Source of the DNA: an uncultured archaeon
Lineage (GTDB): Archaea; Iainarchaeota; Iainarchaeia; Iainarchaeales; VGJJ01
Assembly (NCBI GenBank): GCA_964480125.1
Contig: CAYZNV010000001.1
Coordinates: 3,736 to 67,735, forward strand
Direction of reading: 5' to 3'
Length of the DNA: 64,000 nt
The notes under the pieces are model-generated. The model worked only from the letters and a program-made list of their open reading frames with translations, was not told where the DNA came from and did no database searches. Within the stretch, counting starts at the first letter, position 1, and every line of letters starts with the position of its first letter. Made by a program: the position numbers and the translations under genes. Below are positions 40,415 to 49,741 of this stretch, piece after piece.

Positions 40415-41899
40415 TCACCCACCAAAGAAACTATTCAAGGACGTCTGCTTCTTTTTTTGAGTGGATTCTTCTTTTTCTTCCATTGCTGCGGCGATTGACT
40501 CTTTTGCGCCTGCTTTTATGCGCTTGGATTTTGTTTTGGATTCAGATTCTGTTTCCACTGCAAGCGGAATAGAAGAAGTAACGTCTTCGCTTGCCGTGTG
40601 AGCGCGGATTTCCCCTCCGCGATGCGCACGCGGAGCAAGACGTTCTTTTAATTCTGCAACCTTGAGCATGAATTTTTTTATTCTAACAGAATCCGCGCTC
40701 GTGTCGAACAAATACGCCATATCATCTTCGTCCAACTCATAATACGCTGCAACGGATTCAGCGAATGCAGGATTTTCCACTAACATCTCCCAATACCCCA
40801 TTTCTTTTCCCCAGCGAGACTTGGAAGAATGAGACTTTTCAGCAATCTTTGTAACGATTACCTTTTTCTGCGAATCCCGCTTCATCGCGAGCTGCTTTAG
40901 AATAGTGGGAAACTGATAGGGAATGAAACCATGCGCACGCTCGCTTGTTTTGAGGCCAACGGTTGAGACTAACTCCCCGGAATAGCGCAAAAAACCATAA
41001 TGCTGTCTTCTAAAAATACGCCCATCAAAGATATCCCCACGCGAAAGCTGATCGAATGCAATGGCTTGCGATTCGAGCTGTGGAAACTGACGCGGAATAT
41101 TTTCTTCTACCCATTTTTTCATCAAATCATGATCCATATCCAACGTAAAGCGCGCGCGACGGATTTCGGAAAGCGAAGTAGAGGTGTAAAGGGTTCGAAT
41201 GACGTTGAAGATATTATCTACACGCTCGCGATAGCCGCTGCGCTCCACATCTTCCAACGTGAGCTTCTTTCCCTTGTTGGAGAGCGTCTCCAAATCCATC
41301 AGGGCCGCACGACAATCCCCTCCGGAGTTTTTAGCAAGTAATTGGATGGAACGCGCATCATAATCAATGCCTTCCTTATCCGCAATATCTCCTAACCACT
41401 TTCCAATGCTGGGAAAAGGAACTTTTTTGAATTGCACAATCTTAGCAAAACTTCTTACGCTTGCGAGCTTCTTGTCCGCATAAATGTCGTTCGCCGTGAG
41501 GATGAGTGGGTTCTGCGCGTGGCGCATGATTTCGAGCAACGCGGAAAGGCCTCCCTTGTCTTCTCTTCCATGAATGGCGTCAATCTCATCAATCAACACC
41601 AATCGACGCTTGCCATCAAAGCCACTATTGTATGCTGCGCCTGCGATTGATTTCTCCATAGACTCTTTATCGCGCACGTCCGAGGCATTGAACTCTACGA
41701 GGGTCCAACCGAATTCTTTCGCACACGCATACGCAGTAGCGGTTTTTCCCACTCCGGGAGCGCCCGCGAGAAGAAGGGGCTTCTGGTTCTTTCCCTGCTG
41801 CCAGGCCTGCGCCCACATGCGCACTTCCGCGATGCAGTCGGAATTCCCAATGACTTCCTGCAGGGAAGAAGGAACATACTTGTCGATGAACATAGGCAT
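40415..41899 (-). CDS. rfcL: Replication factor C large subunit (RfcL) with C-terminal PIP box
   Basis: AAA+ Walker A GAPGVGKT. LVLIDEID Walker B. C-terminal Q-T-S-L-N-S-F-F fits the PCNA-interacting-peptide consensus. Confidence 0.85.
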   Translation of the reverse strand: MPMFIDKYVPSSLQEVIGNSDCIAEVRMWAQAWQQGKNQKPLLLAGAPGVGKTATAYACAKEFGWTLVEFNASDVRDKESMEKSIAGAAYNSGFDGKRRLVLIDEIDAIHGREDKGGLSALLEIMRHAQNPLILTANDIYADKKLASVRSFAKIVQFKKVPFPSIGKWLGDIADKEGIDYDARSIQLLAKNSGGDCRAALMDLETLSNKGKKLTLEDVERSGYRERVDNIFNVIRTLYTSTSLSEIRRARFTLDMDHDLMKKWVEENIPRQFPQLESQAIAFDQLSRGDIFDGRIFRRQHYGFLRYSGELVSTVGLKTSERAHGFIPYQFPTILKQLAMKRDSQKKVIVTKIAEKSHSSKSRWGKEMGYWEMLVENPAFAESVAAYYELDEDDMAYLFDTSADSVRIKKFMLKVAELKERLAPRAHRGGEIRAHTASEDVTSSIPLAVETESESKTKSKRIKAGAKESIAAAMEEKEESTQKKKQTSLNSFFGG

Positions 41900-41928
41900 T
41901 TTATAGCCCCGAACGCATTAAAGCAAGT

Positions 41929-42312
41929 ATGGCCGAGCCACGAAGAAAACAACGCGCGCGACAAACAGCGCCTTTGCGCCTCAATCGATTGCCCGTGCGG
42001 AGACCGCCCCTGCGCATCGTGCAGCGACCCATTACTAGCAGTCCCAAAGCCGTGGCAGGGCATCGTGTCACGAATATCGTGCAATTCAAGAGCAAGAGCA
42101 CGGGAAGATATCTCGTCGCGGTTTATACCCAAAATCCACGCACCAAAAAAGAAGAACGCGTGATTGTGGATCCCAAAACACTTTCAACGGAAAAATTAAA
42201 CCAACTCAAAGCATGGCATGCCCACCACAAATCAAAAGGAAGCTGGGTCCACGCCATCGCCACGGACCCACACACCTGGGCGACGATTGGAAAAATATTA
42301 TTAGCGGGATAA
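41929..42312 (+). CDS. Hypothetical basic protein (doubtful)
   Basis: 127-aa ORF in an otherwise empty 490-bp gap. Composite element C begins 13 nt after its stop. Confidence 0.25.
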   Translation: MAEPRRKQRARQTAPLRLNRLPVRRPPLRIVQRPITSSPKAVAGHRVTNIVQFKSKSTGRYLVAVYTQNPRTKKEERVIVDPKTLSTEKLNQLKAWHAHHKSKGSWVHAIATDPHTWATIGKILLAG

Positions 42313-42320
42313 AAAAACAT

Positions 42321-42384
42321 CAACTGAAGATGTGAAACATCTTCCAAGTTGTTCTCGGGGCGCCGGACGAAAACGGCCCGAAAC
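42321..42384 (+). repeat. Composite intergenic element, copy C: hairpin plus TTCTCGG-N5-CGGACGAAAAC motif
   Basis: GAAGATG-TGAAA-CATCTTC hairpin (42327-42345), then TTGTTCTCGGGGCGCCGGACGAAAACGGCCCGAAAC. Related to copies A and B. Confidence 0.4.
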
Positions 42385-42387
42385 TGG

Positions 42388-42759
42388 CTAGAGGAATTCC
42401 ACATCCCCAGTGGACTTTCCCTTTAATGATTTCAAGCGCTCCGCCAGCTGTTGCGCGCCGGCATTGCTGGGAACTAATTTGGGAGTAGAAGGCGCGCCAC
42501 TATTACTAGGAAGCAACCCACTCAACCCCCCTGCAGAGGCTGCTGAAGCAGAAGTGGAAGGAGACGGATTTGCAGAAGGCAAACCCATTGCAGGAGCAGC
42601 ACCCCCACGATAGCGCTTTCGCACTTCATTGATGCGATCCATGCTCCCATGGTCCATGGGACCCAAATAGTTGCAGCGGCGACACTTATCCCCGGCTTGC
42701 GCGGGAGAGATTTCCATCCCTCCACATTGTGGGCAGAATTTCAGTTGCATGGCATCCAC
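42388..42759 (-). CDS. Zinc-ribbon protein with long A/S/P-rich linker
   Basis: CPQCG...CRRC ribbon at the N-terminus. 16 nt downstream of the Lys-rich repeat gene. Confidence 0.5.
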   Translation of the reverse strand: MDAMQLKFCPQCGGMEISPAQAGDKCRRCNYLGPMDHGSMDRINEVRKRYRGGAAPAMGLPSANPSPSTSASAASAGGLSGLLPSNSGAPSTPKLVPSNAGAQQLAERLKSLKGKSTGDVEFL

Positions 42760-42775
42760 ATCCTCAGCATTACAC

Positions 42776-43975
42776 TTATTCTCTCATCGAAGGAAAGAGC
42801 TGGGCTTTGCTTTCTCCACCGAGCTTACTCTCTTCTTTCTCCACGATACGGCGCATGACTTCCAATTCCTTCTCGCGATGCTTCAAGCGCTGCAAGCAAT
42901 AGAAGTAGGCGTTGATGATGGAATCAAAGTCCAAGCTGCGTTTGAAACCCAAGCGCGCAATTTCCTCAAAATAGAGTTTAACGAGTTGTGCTGCCACTTG
43001 CTCGTCTGGCATACCACGATCTGCAACCATTTCCATCACCTTCTGCGTGTGCGATGACACTTTCTCTGAAACTAAACGCGAATCCGACTTGGAATCGGAA
43101 CGAACACTACTCGACTGCACGTGCGAGGAAGCGGACTTACTCATGTCCTTCTCCATCGCATGCATCTCATCCTTAATCGCAGAGAGTTCGCGACGAACCG
43201 CATTCATTTGCGTATTGCTGTTCACGCTGCCCAAAATCTCTTTTTTGAGAGACTCTAGCTGCTGCGCGGTCTTGGTGTCTGTTGCGGGAATGCGCTTGAT
43301 GATGGTGCGCGTCTTCACGACGGGAACATTCTTCACAATCGTGCGCGTTTTTGTCACGGGAACACGCTTGATGATGGTTTTCGTTTTGGTAATGGTGCGC
43401 GTCTTCACATTAGAGCGCGCCGCATCGGGATTCTCCAAAATCTTCTTGGATTTCTTCCATTGCGAAACGGCTTCCTCAAATGTCTTACCGCTTCGGATCT
43501 GCTGGCGCACGAAGAGATTGTACATGGATAACTCTCTCTTCTCCACGGGCTTCTTGCGATTGGTCTTCAAACCCGTAATGGCTTCCTTCAATTTCTCCAA
43601 TTCGGATTTGATTTCGGTATTTTGGGTTGAAAGTTTTTTCGTGGAAGACTGCAAGGACTTCGAGAGACGCTTATTTCCCTTAGAAACATTTTCCTTGACA
43701 TCCTGCACGTCCGATTTCACGGATTTCACTTGCTTCGAGACACCCTTGTTCACGGCCTTTGCGGCTTTCGTCGCGGACTTTACCGCTTTCGTCTGTTCAG
43801 CTACATTTGTCTTGACCGCTTGCACGTCCGATTTCACGGACTTCACTTGACGCGTGACACCCGATTTCACTTCTTGAACATCGGACTTCACACCCTTCAA
43901 TTGCTTTCGGATGACCTTTCCCGCAACTTTACCGGGTTTCTTATCCGCTTTTTTAGCCATAATGAGACACTCCAC
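42776..43975 (-). CDS. Lysine-rich tandem-repeat protein with HMG-box-like motif (candidate nucleic-acid/chromatin-binding protein)
   Basis: 11-aa VKSVKSDVQxVK repeats and 12-aa KTRTI[IV]K[RN][VI]P repeats, both visible as DNA repeats. Central KRELSMYNLFVRQQIRSGKTFEEAVSQWKKS resembles HMG-box helix 1/2. Coiled-coil segments. Confidence 0.55.
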   Translation of the reverse strand: MECLIMAKKADKKPGKVAGKVIRKQLKGVKSDVQEVKSGVTRQVKSVKSDVQAVKTNVAEQTKAVKSATKAAKAVNKGVSKQVKSVKSDVQDVKENVSKGNKRLSKSLQSSTKKLSTQNTEIKSELEKLKEAITGLKTNRKKPVEKRELSMYNLFVRQQIRSGKTFEEAVSQWKKSKKILENPDAARSNVKTRTITKTKTIIKRVPVTKTRTIVKNVPVVKTRTIIKRIPATDTKTAQQLESLKKEILGSVNSNTQMNAVRRELSAIKDEMHAMEKDMSKSASSHVQSSSVRSDSKSDSRLVSEKVSSHTQKVMEMVADRGMPDEQVAAQLVKLYFEEIARLGFKRSLDFDSIINAYFYCLQRLKHREKELEVMRRIVEKEESKLGGESKAQLFPSMRE

Positions 43976-44048
43976 CTAATGCAGGAATAAGCGCCTCGCA
44001 GGTTTAAAAGAAATAGCTTAAAATGCCCCAGAATACCCAATCAGAGAT

Positions 44049-44669
44049 ATGCCATCCCCCCGAGGAAGACCGAATCCAAAGGTGCACCTGGAACATCAAG
44101 TTGGGACAATAGAACGCAAAAGAGTCAAAAGTTATGGTAATTTGGGAATTGAATCGGTAGTGATTCCGCGCACGCGCATCAGTGAGCTCATAGCCGAATG
44201 GATAGAAAGCCAACCAAAAAAAGCAGTTCTTGTCCCACTTCCTGGAAGCAAGCATAAACGATTGGTGCTCACACCCGCAGGGAGATATGATTTAGCTACA
44301 TTCCACCCCATCTCCAAAAAAATAGGAGAACTAACCGAATCCCAAAAACAACGCTATGCCAAACGATTTATCCTCCGAGCGCGGCAAGAAAGCCGACGCG
44401 ACAGCGTCCTGCGGAGATCGCATGTCAGGCAAGGGCAGCTTGGACCCAAAAGCTACTCGTGGAAAAAAATATTGGAGGATAAAATGAAATTCGCCCAATC
44501 TATGCAACGCGTCGTCGAAATGAATGCACGCACATTCGAACGAAGAATGCCGGATGGAAAAATGGGAGAGGTATTGGAAGCCGAAGTGCGACGCACTATC
44601 CAAGGATGGAAAAACCTCGCAGACATGCTCAAATATACAATTGAACAGTACGGAAATAAGGTGGAGTAA
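44049..44669 (+). CDS. Hypothetical basic protein
   Basis: 206 aa, Arg/Lys-rich. The stop overlaps the start of a zinc-ribbon miniprotein. Confidence 0.45.
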   Translation: MPSPRGRPNPKVHLEHQVGTIERKRVKSYGNLGIESVVIPRTRISELIAEWIESQPKKAVLVPLPGSKHKRLVLTPAGRYDLATFHPISKKIGELTESQKQRYAKRFILRARQESRRDSVLRRSHVRQGQLGPKSYSWKKILEDKMKFAQSMQRVVEMNARTFERRMPDGKMGEVLEAEVRRTIQGWKNLADMLKYTIEQYGNKVE

Positions 44670-44777
44670 ATGCAATCCTTCGCGTGCGCGCAGTGCAATA
44701 CAGCGATGTACGAGGCCAAGTGCAAGACCATCTGCCCTAATTGTGGAAACAAAATGGACTGCTCGGACCTATTCTAG
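44670..44777 (+). CDS. 35-aa zinc-ribbon miniprotein (CxxC-x11-CxxC), translationally coupled
   Basis: MQSFACAQCNTAMYEAKCKTICPNCGNKMDCSDLF. The ATG abuts the upstream TAA (TAAATG). GGTGGAG sits 8 nt upstream. Absent from the supplied track because it is under 60 aa. Confidence 0.45.
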   Translation: MQSFACAQCNTAMYEAKCKTICPNCGNKMDCSDLF

Positions 44778-44825
44778 TAAAAAAAAAGGAATTCCATTAT
44801 TAAAGCCAAGAAGAATGCTCCAACT

Positions 44826-45467
44826 ATGGTTTCCACACAAGCGCTTGCGATTATTTTCTTAGGAGTATTATTCGCAGGGGCATTTTTTGTGTATCCATTA
44901 CTCCCTCCAACCATTGCCGTACACTGGAATGCTTTAGGGGAAGCGGATGGGTTCGCGAGCAAAGAAGCCGGAGTCGCATTACTTCCACTCATCACTTTTT
45001 TCGTGGGAATTATTCTGTTTTTCGTCCCAAAACTCAAGGGAATGCAACGCATCATGCAATCATTCCAGCGCGAATATGATTTGTTCGCGCTCACATTCAT
45101 TTTGTTTTTGGGATACCTATTCATGCTCACCACGCTATGGAATCTAGGCTATCGATTCGAATTTGTTTCCGCGCTCGTGCCGGGAGTCGCGGTGTTGTTC
45201 TTGGTATTGAGCCACTTGCTCGAGAAAAGCAAACCCAATCCATTTGTGGGAATACGCTTGCCTTCCACGCTGAAGAACCCAAAAATATGGAAGCAAGTCC
45301 ACGTGCGCGCTGGAAAAAGACTGCGGGGTGGAACGATCATCATGCTCATCGGAATTTTCATTCCCGATTATGCAGTGGCATTCATTCTATTACCCTTGCT
45401 GTATTTCGTGGCCGATAGCATTTGGTATGCACAGAAACTGCAAGCCAACGAAAAGAAAACAGCCTAA
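44826..45467 (+). CDS. SdpI/YhfL-family membrane protein (DUF1648)
   Basis: P..HWN..G..D N-terminal motif. PNPFVGIRLPSTL resembles the NxxxGxRxPWT SdpI motif. 4 TM helices. Confidence 0.5.
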   Translation: MVSTQALAIIFLGVLFAGAFFVYPLLPPTIAVHWNALGEADGFASKEAGVALLPLITFFVGIILFFVPKLKGMQRIMQSFQREYDLFALTFILFLGYLFMLTTLWNLGYRFEFVSALVPGVAVLFLVLSHLLEKSKPNPFVGIRLPSTLKNPKIWKQVHVRAGKRLRGGTIIMLIGIFIPDYAVAFILLPLLYFVADSIWYAQKLQANEKKTA

Positions 45468-45538
45468 TTTTTTGGACACAGCATCCTTCCAGCGATGCAC
45501 CAAAACACTTAATCAATCCCCTGCACAAGCATAGGAGC

Positions 45539-46165
45539 ATGGATGCCATTATCCTCGCAGGAGGAAAAGGACAACGCATGTCCCAAGAGGTACCAAAACC
45601 CCTCGTTCTCGCGAGAGGAAAAACCATCATTGAAAGGCAAATCGAATACCTCTTACCACATGCAGAAAAAATCATTATTTCTTTGGGACATCGCGCTGGA
45701 GAAATAGAAGCGTTTGTTCATGAACGATTTCCGAATGAAAATATTACATTCGCAGTGGAAAAAGAACCGCGAGGAACTGGAGGAGGATTACGCCTCGCAA
45801 TGCAACAATCACACGCGGGAAAAGTAGTCGTAGTGAACTGCGATGACATCACGGATATTTCTTTACAAGAATTACAAGCAAAAAATAAGCACACCATTTG
45901 CGTGGCACACCCGCGACTGCCATTTGGGTTAGTGAAAGAAAAAAATGGATTCGCCATTTTTGAGGAAAAACCACTATTGAAAGAATGGGTGTCGTGCGGA
46001 TGGTATGTGTTCATGCGCGAGGAATTGATGCCGCTGCTGCCCGAAAAAGGAAGTTTAGAGTATGAAGTGTTCCCGCGCATCCAGCTACGATTACACCACC
46101 ATGAAGGATTCTGGAAACCACTCAACACGCCAAAGGATTTAGAAGAATATGAGAAGATGGAATAG
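45539..46165 (+). CDS. Sugar-phosphate nucleotidyltransferase (NTP-transferase family)
   Basis: MDAIILAGGKGQRM...KPL glycine-rich loop. EKEPRGTGGG. AGGAG immediately upstream. Start set at 45539. Confidence 0.7.
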   Translation: MDAIILAGGKGQRMSQEVPKPLVLARGKTIIERQIEYLLPHAEKIIISLGHRAGEIEAFVHERFPNENITFAVEKEPRGTGGGLRLAMQQSHAGKVVVVNCDDITDISLQELQAKNKHTICVAHPRLPFGLVKEKNGFAIFEEKPLLKEWVSCGWYVFMREELMPLLPEKGSLEYEVFPRIQLRLHHHEGFWKPLNTPKDLEEYEKME

Positions 46166-46183
46166 GGTGATAAGATAAATAAT

Positions 46184-47302
46184 TTACTTCAACGCATCCT
46201 CGGGAAGCAAAACAGTAATATTTTTGGTGCGGCCCCTTCCTGAAGTGTCGGTTTCGGTGCGGAGCAATTTCTTTACTTCTAATTCAACGACAATCTCTCT
46301 CACTCTTCTATCGCTCAACTCAAAACCCATTCGAGCCATTTGCCCATACAACGCGTTCGAGGGAATGTTTTTCCCACCGAGCTTGAAGAGAGCCTGCAAG
46401 ACTTGCTTCTGGGGAATCTGCAAGAAAGGAACGGCACGCATCACCGCAATCACTTCACGGTCCTCAAATGCCTCTTTCGCGTGCTCCACTTCAATTTTAT
46501 TCGCGTTCTTGCGCTCGGCAATCTTACCGGCTTTCAGCAGGGCATCCAATCCCTTCCGACAATCTCCCCCATGCTTGGCCGCGTGGCCGGCAATAAGAGA
46601 AATAATATCCTCCGAAATCGCATCCGGGTGCATCGCCATCTTCGCACGTTCGCGAAGGATATCCTTCAATTGTGGCGGCGCATATTGTGGAAATTCCACC
46701 GCCTCATGAGAAAAAGAACTACGAACGCGATCATCGAGCTTGCTAGGGATGCTAGTGTCATTGGAAATGAGAATAATAGGAATGGCCTTCCTCCCATGCT
46801 CGGGCAAGCGAAGCAAATCATACAATAACTCATTCCCATCATTCGCGAGCAGCTGATCGAACTCATCAAACACTAAAACAGGAACAAACGAAGCAAACTT
46901 CATCCCTTCCAATACTTTCGCATACAACTCATTCGTGCTCATTCCCCGCGCAGGAACGGGGCGCTCAACGACACGCGTTAACTCCGCAAGAACGGCTTGG
47001 CGAGAATTCAGGGCAAAACAATTAATGTAAACCGGCTTCACGCGCGCAGAAAAATCCTTCAACTGCTGCATCACAAACTTCAGCGTGACCGTCTTTCCCG
47101 TGCCAGGGGGACCAAACACAAAAACGTGCGAGGCATTCCCTCCCTCTGCAAGGGGCTTCAGCGCATATACGAGGGTTTGGATCTGCGTATCGCGGTGGGG
47201 AAGCACCTCGGGGAGATATTCGGGAGAGAGGGCCCGCTCATCCTTGAAAATAGCATGCTCCTTGGAAGCGCGCGCAAACACATTATCCTTCATCATGCAC
47301 AT
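46184..47302 (-). CDS. orc1: Orc1/Cdc6 replication initiator
   Basis: Walker [16 protein letters not shown] Walker B. C-terminal winged helix ...GRGRTKNITV. Confidence 0.9.
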   Translation of the reverse strand: MCMMKDNVFARASKEHAIFKDERALSPEYLPEVLPHRDTQIQTLVYALKPLAEGGNASHVFVFGPPGTGKTVTLKFVMQQLKDFSARVKPVYINCFALNSRQAVLAELTRVVERPVPARGMSTNELYAKVLEGMKFASFVPVLVFDEFDQLLANDGNELLYDLLRLPEHGRKAIPIILISNDTSIPSKLDDRVRSSFSHEAVEFPQYAPPQLKDILRERAKMAMHPDAISEDIISLIAGHAAKHGGDCRKGLDALLKAGKIAERKNANKIEVEHAKEAFEDREVIAVMRAVPFLQIPQKQVLQALFKLGGKNIPSNALYGQMARMGFELSDRRVREIVVELEVKKLLRTETDTSGRGRTKNITVLLPEDALK

Positions 47303-47430
47303 AAAACGCCGCCATTGGTTATAAGGAAAGCGTTTTTCACGGCGGAGCCGCGGGGGCCTGCAAAAGGATATAGCACTGGGAAAGCACGAACATAGTTACC
47401 TCAAACTGAGGGAAGGACGGTGAAACGCAC

Positions 47431-47643
47431 ATGACGGCCACACTCAAAAGCCTGCTTGAATCCCAAAAAATGGAGATTCTCCACGCACGCAAGAACGCAT
47501 TATTCAACCTATTGCCGGATGCCCCGGACTTCCGCCTCGCACGGATTGAATTGTTTGATTTGCTTACCCAAATCGAGCGCAGCAAACATTTTACCATGCC
47601 AGAAGTACCCCACTTCAATTTGGGAATTCCCAGCATGGCATAG
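47431..47643 (+). CDS. Small hypothetical protein (70 aa)
   Basis: GGTGA 7 nt upstream of the ATG, the same RBS geometry as the surface-protein gene. Helical sequence. Confidence 0.3.
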   Translation: MTATLKSLLESQKMEILHARKNALFNLLPDAPDFRLARIELFDLLTQIERSKHFTMPEVPHFNLGIPSMA

Positions 47644-47697
47644 ACACTTACAAGAGAAAATGAACAAAAAAAGGCTCACAATCCAGAAATAACATCA

Positions 47698-47742
47698 GGT
47701 ATTGCTTGCAATACCTGTTCTCGGTCCGCACGGACGAAACCG
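47698..47742 (+). repeat. Composite intergenic element, copy A: palindrome GGTATTGC-TT-GCAATACC plus ORB-like CTCGGTCCGCACGGACGAAACCG, in the orc1/cdc6 upstream region
   Basis: 23-nt motif matches copy B at 22 of 23 positions in reverse complement. Dyad GTCCG-CA-CGGAC followed by GAAAC recalls the archaeal origin-recognition-box architecture. Confidence 0.45.
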
Positions 47743-47813
47743 TGCTCTAACACTAACCCATTCCTCCATTTGGGTTAATTCAGCATTGCGGCTTCGCCCG
47801 CATGCTATCCCCC

Positions 47814-48002
47814 TTATTTTTTGCGCTTATTCTGCAATAACTCTCTTTCCCCAAACATCAAAATAAAGAAAATAGTAATCACGCTCAAACCCGTTGAGAA
47901 ATAGTGCAAGGGCAAGCGAAACGTCGTGAAAATAACCGCCCACCCAAAAAGAATAGCAATCGTAATGAGTGCGGCCCGCATCGCGGCATGGAGTTTCTGC
48001 AT
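47814..48002 (-). CDS. Small 2-TM membrane protein (doubtful)
   Basis: MQKLHAAMRAALITIAILFGWAVIF... inner start of a longer track ORF that otherwise overlaps the neighbouring gene. Confidence 0.25.
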   Translation of the reverse strand: MQKLHAAMRAALITIAILFGWAVIFTTFRLPLHYFSTGLSVITIFFILMFGERELLQNKRKK

Positions 48003-48087
48003 AGGTGGAAAGAACAAAAGGGGGAATAAAAGCTTTCTCAAAAAATTCTCCCTAGGTTTAAAGCCGTTCTGGGAAAAACAAAGAAGC

Positions 48088-48666
48088 ATGCGCGGGTTCG
48101 TTTCATTCGTGTTGCTCGTGTTAATCGCAAGCGTGGGAATCAGCCAATACGCCCTACAATCCACGCATCACGCCCCTCTAACAAAGGGAATAGAAATACA
48201 ATCTCTCGCAGCCCAGCGAAGCCAACTTGAACAAGGAATGGATCGCATCATCACCGAAGAACTACGCACAGGGATGCAACAACAATTACCCTCCGAGCAA
48301 ATCAAAACCCACATCAATAGCGCGCTCGCACTTTACCTCTACGAGCAGCAGCAACACATCTCACTTCCTATGCGCATGCAAGCAGGATTTGCAACGATGC
48401 AAACCACCCATTATCTTTCACTTGCACAAGCGCCATTACAACCCCTTTCAACCCAAACCCTCAACGCGTACTCGCATGTGTTTGTTCTTCCATTGAATCA
48501 AACCCAGCAGTATGGAGAATATACCTACACCGGAGGCGCGTTTGGCACAAACATTTTGCTGGCAAAACTCACCACAGCCGAAAGCGCAACCATTGCGGCA
48601 TTACCGAGCGGGTATCGCATTTGCGTGCTTGATGCAATCGGAGAAGTCCCCTGCGTTGCAGGATAA
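48088..48666 (+). CDS. Class III signal peptide (type IV pilin-like) protein
   Basis: MRG-FVSFVLLVLIASVGI: charged N-terminus, Gly, then a hydrophobic stretch. Start chosen at 48088 inside the longer track ORF. Confidence 0.4.
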   Translation: MRGFVSFVLLVLIASVGISQYALQSTHHAPLTKGIEIQSLAAQRSQLEQGMDRIITEELRTGMQQQLPSEQIKTHINSALALYLYEQQQHISLPMRMQAGFATMQTTHYLSLAQAPLQPLSTQTLNAYSHVFVLPLNQTQQYGEYTYTGGAFGTNILLAKLTTAESATIAALPSGYRICVLDAIGEVPCVAG

Positions 48667-48677
48667 GAGGAAAAAAA

Positions 48678-48956
48678 ATGCACACGCTCGAAACCATCCT
48701 CTGCGCATTGGCACTCATGGCTTGTTTAGGATTACTCGCAGAACCCATTCTTTCCCACCAAGCAAAACTCACTCAAGCGAAAAATGCAATGGAATCACGC
48801 TATGAAGCACTCCAGTGCAGCGCGGAATGGGATTATGCACTCGCGTCATTTGTGCAAACAACAACAGGAGGATGTAGCGATTATTCCTATGCCCTGCACG
48901 CGAATGGAAACCCATTCACCACCCTAATGGGAGGAGACTCCAACCACTATGAATAG
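48678..48956 (+). CDS. Small hydrophobic-N-terminus protein, possibly pilin-like
   Basis: MHTLETILCALALMACLGLLA. Confidence 0.3.
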   Translation: MHTLETILCALALMACLGLLAEPILSHQAKLTQAKNAMESRYEALQCSAEWDYALASFVQTTTGGCSDYSYALHANGNPFTTLMGGDSNHYE

Positions 48957-49434
48957 TCACATTCACAAAAACGAACAACGAGGACAATTCCACGCGCTTG
49001 AAATTATCCTCGTATTCTTGGGATGGATGATATTACTTGCTGGAGTATGGAGTAGTAGCACCACCATCCTTCACCAGCAAGAAAATCAATTCCTCCAAGA
49101 AAAAGCATTCGCACGCGCCCAAGCCCAAGCACACACGCTTATCGAGCAGCATCATACGAATCCCTGGAACGGGTGTGCATTATTTGATCATGCAAAGAAA
49201 CGCACGCGCGGACATATTATCGAAAAAACATGCATGCAAGAACTTACCCCCACTACTCCCACGCAAGGCGTACGCGAAGTATATGTGCGAACGCAAACGG
49301 GAAAAGAAATATTCTTCGCCGTGTCCACCATATCGCCCACACAAGAAGAAAATTGCGCCGCAATTGAACGAATTATACGCATCCACGAAACGAATGAGAT
49401 TGCATTGCTGGGAGTGATCAGCTGTGCCGAATGA
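48949..49434 (+). CDS. Class III signal peptide (pilin-like) protein
   Basis: ...EQRGQFHALEIILVFLGWMILLAGV. Confidence 0.4.
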   Translation: MNSHIHKNEQRGQFHALEIILVFLGWMILLAGVWSSSTTILHQQENQFLQEKAFARAQAQAHTLIEQHHTNPWNGCALFDHAKKRTRGHIIEKTCMQELTPTTPTQGVREVYVRTQTGKEIFFAVSTISPTQEENCAAIERIIRIHETNEIALLGVISCAE

Positions 49435-49741
49435 AAAAGGAATATTCTGGGCATTCGAATTAGGAATAGGACTACTCATCCTGAGCACGCTCTTCATTGC
49501 ACAACCCACCCAAACGCCATCGCACGCAGCAGAGCTCGCAGGCCAATTATGCCTTGATTTGCAGGAAATGTGGATGCAAGGAGAAGAGCTTGAAGCTGTC
49601 ATCCAATCCTATTTCCCTGAAAAAAACATCACCATCTCACCAGGGGCAATTTCGAGCATGGAGAACAATGCCGCTATGTGCGAGGCCACGCGCGTGCGCA
49701 ATGGGATTGTGGAAAAACAATTCATTGCGATTGAATGGTAA
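49424..49741 (+). CDS. Class III signal peptide (pilin-like) protein
   Basis: MPNEKGIFWAFELGIGLLILSTLFIA. Confidence 0.4.
   Translation: MPNEKGIFWAFELGIGLLILSTLFIAQPTQTPSHAAELAGQLCLDLQEMWMQGEELEAVIQSYFPEKNITISPGAISSMENNAAMCEATRVRNGIVEKQFIAIEW

Noticed and set aside
41695-42132. 145-aa minus-strand ORF overlapping the rfcL start
   Set aside because: Cys/Arg-rich low-complexity product. Overlaps the RfcL N-terminus and the GC-rich intergenic region. Likely spurious.
42395-42412. Classical ORB-like TCCCCAGTGGACTTTCC, with a matching GTGGACTTTCC 11-mer at 26004-26018
   Set aside because: An 11-mer coincidence is expected many times by chance in 64 kb on two strands. It lacks the GAAAC tail. 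Not reported as a feature.
43047-43850. 267-aa plus-strand ORF opposite the Lys-rich repeat gene
   Set aside because: Its repetitive nature mirrors the minus-strand repeats. The F/S/T-rich product looks like a shadow. The minus frame has a coupled downstream gene.
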